A DNA stretch of 64,000 bases, from sequence record MZ443769.1. One strand, 5' to 3'. A program made the translations under genes and the position numbers. How positions within the stretch are numbered: position 1 is the stretch's first letter; each line of letters begins with the position of its first letter. The notes under the pieces were generated by a model. The model was not told the origin of the DNA, did not search any database, and worked only from the letters and a program-made list of their open reading frames with translations. Of the stretch, positions 62,473 to 64,000 are shown one piece after another.

Positions 62473-63603
62473 ATGATCGCAGAAGAACAAGACTTAAATT
62501 CCTTCCTTTCCCAGCGTTTGAACCTCGTTGAGGGTTCTGCTGAATTTCGTAAAGTATACGCTGCAACCGTAAGATATGTCGGCAGCGGTTATAAATCTAT
62601 CGCGGGGTATCATCGTGATTTGCAGGCAGTAGTTGACTTCAAACAATTTGAATTCACAGCCGCTGACCTGCGTATTGATCTTTCTTCTATCTGTCGGTTC
62701 ACGCTCAAGATGCGTTTCTTTGTACTCGCTGTTTGTTTCCACAAAGAGCCTCAAGAAATCATTCAGAAGTATGCGTCTTATGGTCTGTCTAAGCGCGAAG
62801 CAGTGCTTGCATGGAACACGCTACTCAAGTCTGATGATGAACGTAAAACGATTCGTCGCACAGCAAAAGCAAAACACAAAGGTCTGGTGCTCGCAATGGT
62901 TAGCAGCCGCGAACTCCGTGTGCGCCTCGACCAAACATCAAGTCTGTTCGCAGAGCTTCATCGTAATGCGAAACGTCTGGTGCGTAAAAACTTGCAGTGG
63001 GTTAGCCTGTCGCACAACATTCCAATCGCTGATCTCACCTGTGATATCATGTGTAAGGTGTTGCTGTCTTATTATCAATCGCTCCCTAACAAATTCAGTG
63101 AGGCACATCAACTCAACTATCTCCGTGCATCGTTGACCAACCGCATCAACAACATGAACAACTACTACAGCGCAGAGAAGCGCCGTCGTATGCACAAAGT
63201 GGGTGAAGACAAATACGAGATCATTGTTATGTCTGACAATCAGATGTGGCATGATCCGAATGACGATTCATCTGCCTCGTACGAGGACATGTTGGGTTCT
63301 GATGCTCGCGTACACACGGAGCAAATGGAAAACTCCCTTACTATTAATCGTCTGCTGGTTGATGCAGAAGGAACGAAGCGCCACCGCCTGTACACGACTG
63401 TGCTTGGTCGTGACTGTGCTGATTTTACGGAATACTTGCGCGAGAACGGAATGCTGAAAAACACCATGACCTGTGCGACTGAATGGTTCATGGCTAAGCC
63501 TTCAAAGTTCATACGCAAGACGCTGGCAAAATGGTTGGACGTGAGTATCACTTCAATCAATGCTGGTCTTGATACGTTACGCGGCTCTCTACAAGCTGCA
63601 TGA
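62473..63603 (+). CDS. hypothetical protein, possibly divergent sigma-like factor
   Basis: 376 aa. Internal DL...I...L..Y.......NYLRASLTNRINN....EKRR resembles sigma region 2 of ECF/ComX type. Confidence refers to the function; the CDS itself is clear. Confidence 0.4.
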   Translation: MIAEEQDLNSFLSQRLNLVEGSAEFRKVYAATVRYVGSGYKSIAGYHRDLQAVVDFKQFEFTAADLRIDLSSICRFTLKMRFFVLAVCFHKEPQEIIQKYASYGLSKREAVLAWNTLLKSDDERKTIRRTAKAKHKGLVLAMVSSRELRVRLDQTSSLFAELHRNAKRLVRKNLQWVSLSHNIPIADLTCDIMCKVLLSYYQSLPNKFSEAHQLNYLRASLTNRINNMNNYYSAEKRRRMHKVGEDKYEIIVMSDNQMWHDPNDDSSASYEDMLGSDARVHTEQMENSLTINRLLVDAEGTKRHRLYTTVLGRDCADFTEYLRENGMLKNTMTCATEWFMAKPSKFIRKTLAKWLDVSITSINAGLDTLRGSLQAA

Positions 63604-63992
63604 GAGGGTACTTGAAAGTGATGCACAAAGCAATCATCAACACTGACGTGGAGCGTTCTGCTTTAGCTCTGTTCAGTCGTCCTCAGTTAGACGAGGACTA
63701 TAAGCGTACCGTATTGTATCTCGTATATAAGACTGTAAATCGTAATGGCATGATGCAAGTCAGGCGTCTTGTTTTTGAGATCAACAAAGCATATGCGATC
63801 AACAAAGAAGATGTGAAGTCTGCGATCAGTGCGCTCAAAGCACCGTTCGCTTTCAACGCTCTGAATATCTTTGTACCTCGCGCGGATGCTAATACCAACC
63901 AAGTGTGTAGGGTTAACTCTGGTCCTGAGATCGAAAGCTGGATCTCAGAGGTAGAAGTGATGTACCCTCACCTAAGTCGCATGTTGCAGTAG
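63600..63992 (+). CDS. hypothetical protein
   Basis: ATGA overlap; alternative start 63618/63621 after GAGGG. Confidence 0.75.
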   Translation: MRGYLKVMHKAIINTDVERSALALFSRPQLDEDYKRTVLYLVYKTVNRNGMMQVRRLVFEINKAYAINKEDVKSAISALKAPFAFNALNIFVPRADANTNQVCRVNSGPEIESWISEVEVMYPHLSRMLQ

Positions 63993-64000
63993 GGGCGTAA

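Noticed and set aside
1-64000. Retron, DGR, integrase, transposase or virion structural module
   Set aside because: No reverse transcriptase, recombinase, DDE, terminase, capsid or tail motifs recognised; absence is by eye only.

Overview
64 kb from the non-structural (replication, transcription-control and accessory) part of a large lytic dsDNA phage genome. About 97 ORFs lie on the + strand, tightly packed with good Shine-Dalgarno sites; every credible gene is on +. Recognisable genes: the 3' part of a sigma70-family sigma factor (runs off the 5' end), a gp32-like SSB with a long D/K-block tail, a RecA/UvsX recombinase with a 342-aa intein, an AcrVA2/FinQ-like protein, a miniature kinase-like protein, a putative NADAR/DUF6939-like protein, a GNAT-like protein, RNA 2'-phosphotransferase KptA, a radical SAM enzyme, a YbiI/TraR-type zinc finger, UV endonuclease UvsE, dUTPase, a lytic transglycosylase, an HD-domain protein, a histone-H1-like protein, GyrB-like and GyrA-like type II topoisomerase subunits, an HNH protein and several very acidic low-complexity proteins. 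Gene content suggests a jumbo myovirus of a gammaproteobacterial, probably enterobacterial, host; a link to Erwinia Y3/Yoloswag- or Dickeya AD1-like phages is inference only. Non-coding highlights: a candidate -1 programmed frameshift (A_AAA_AAG, stop, stem) at 8835 that would fuse two ORFs; a promoter class with 12 copies (upstream box 25-27 nt before a TGn-extended -10); a second recurrent motif, TCTGTAAAT; twin RNase III-like hairpins; and a candidate sRNA at about 42401-42525. No tRNA, rRNA, CRISPR array, integrase or clear virion structural gene was seen. All family assignments come from motif recognition by eye, not database searches.
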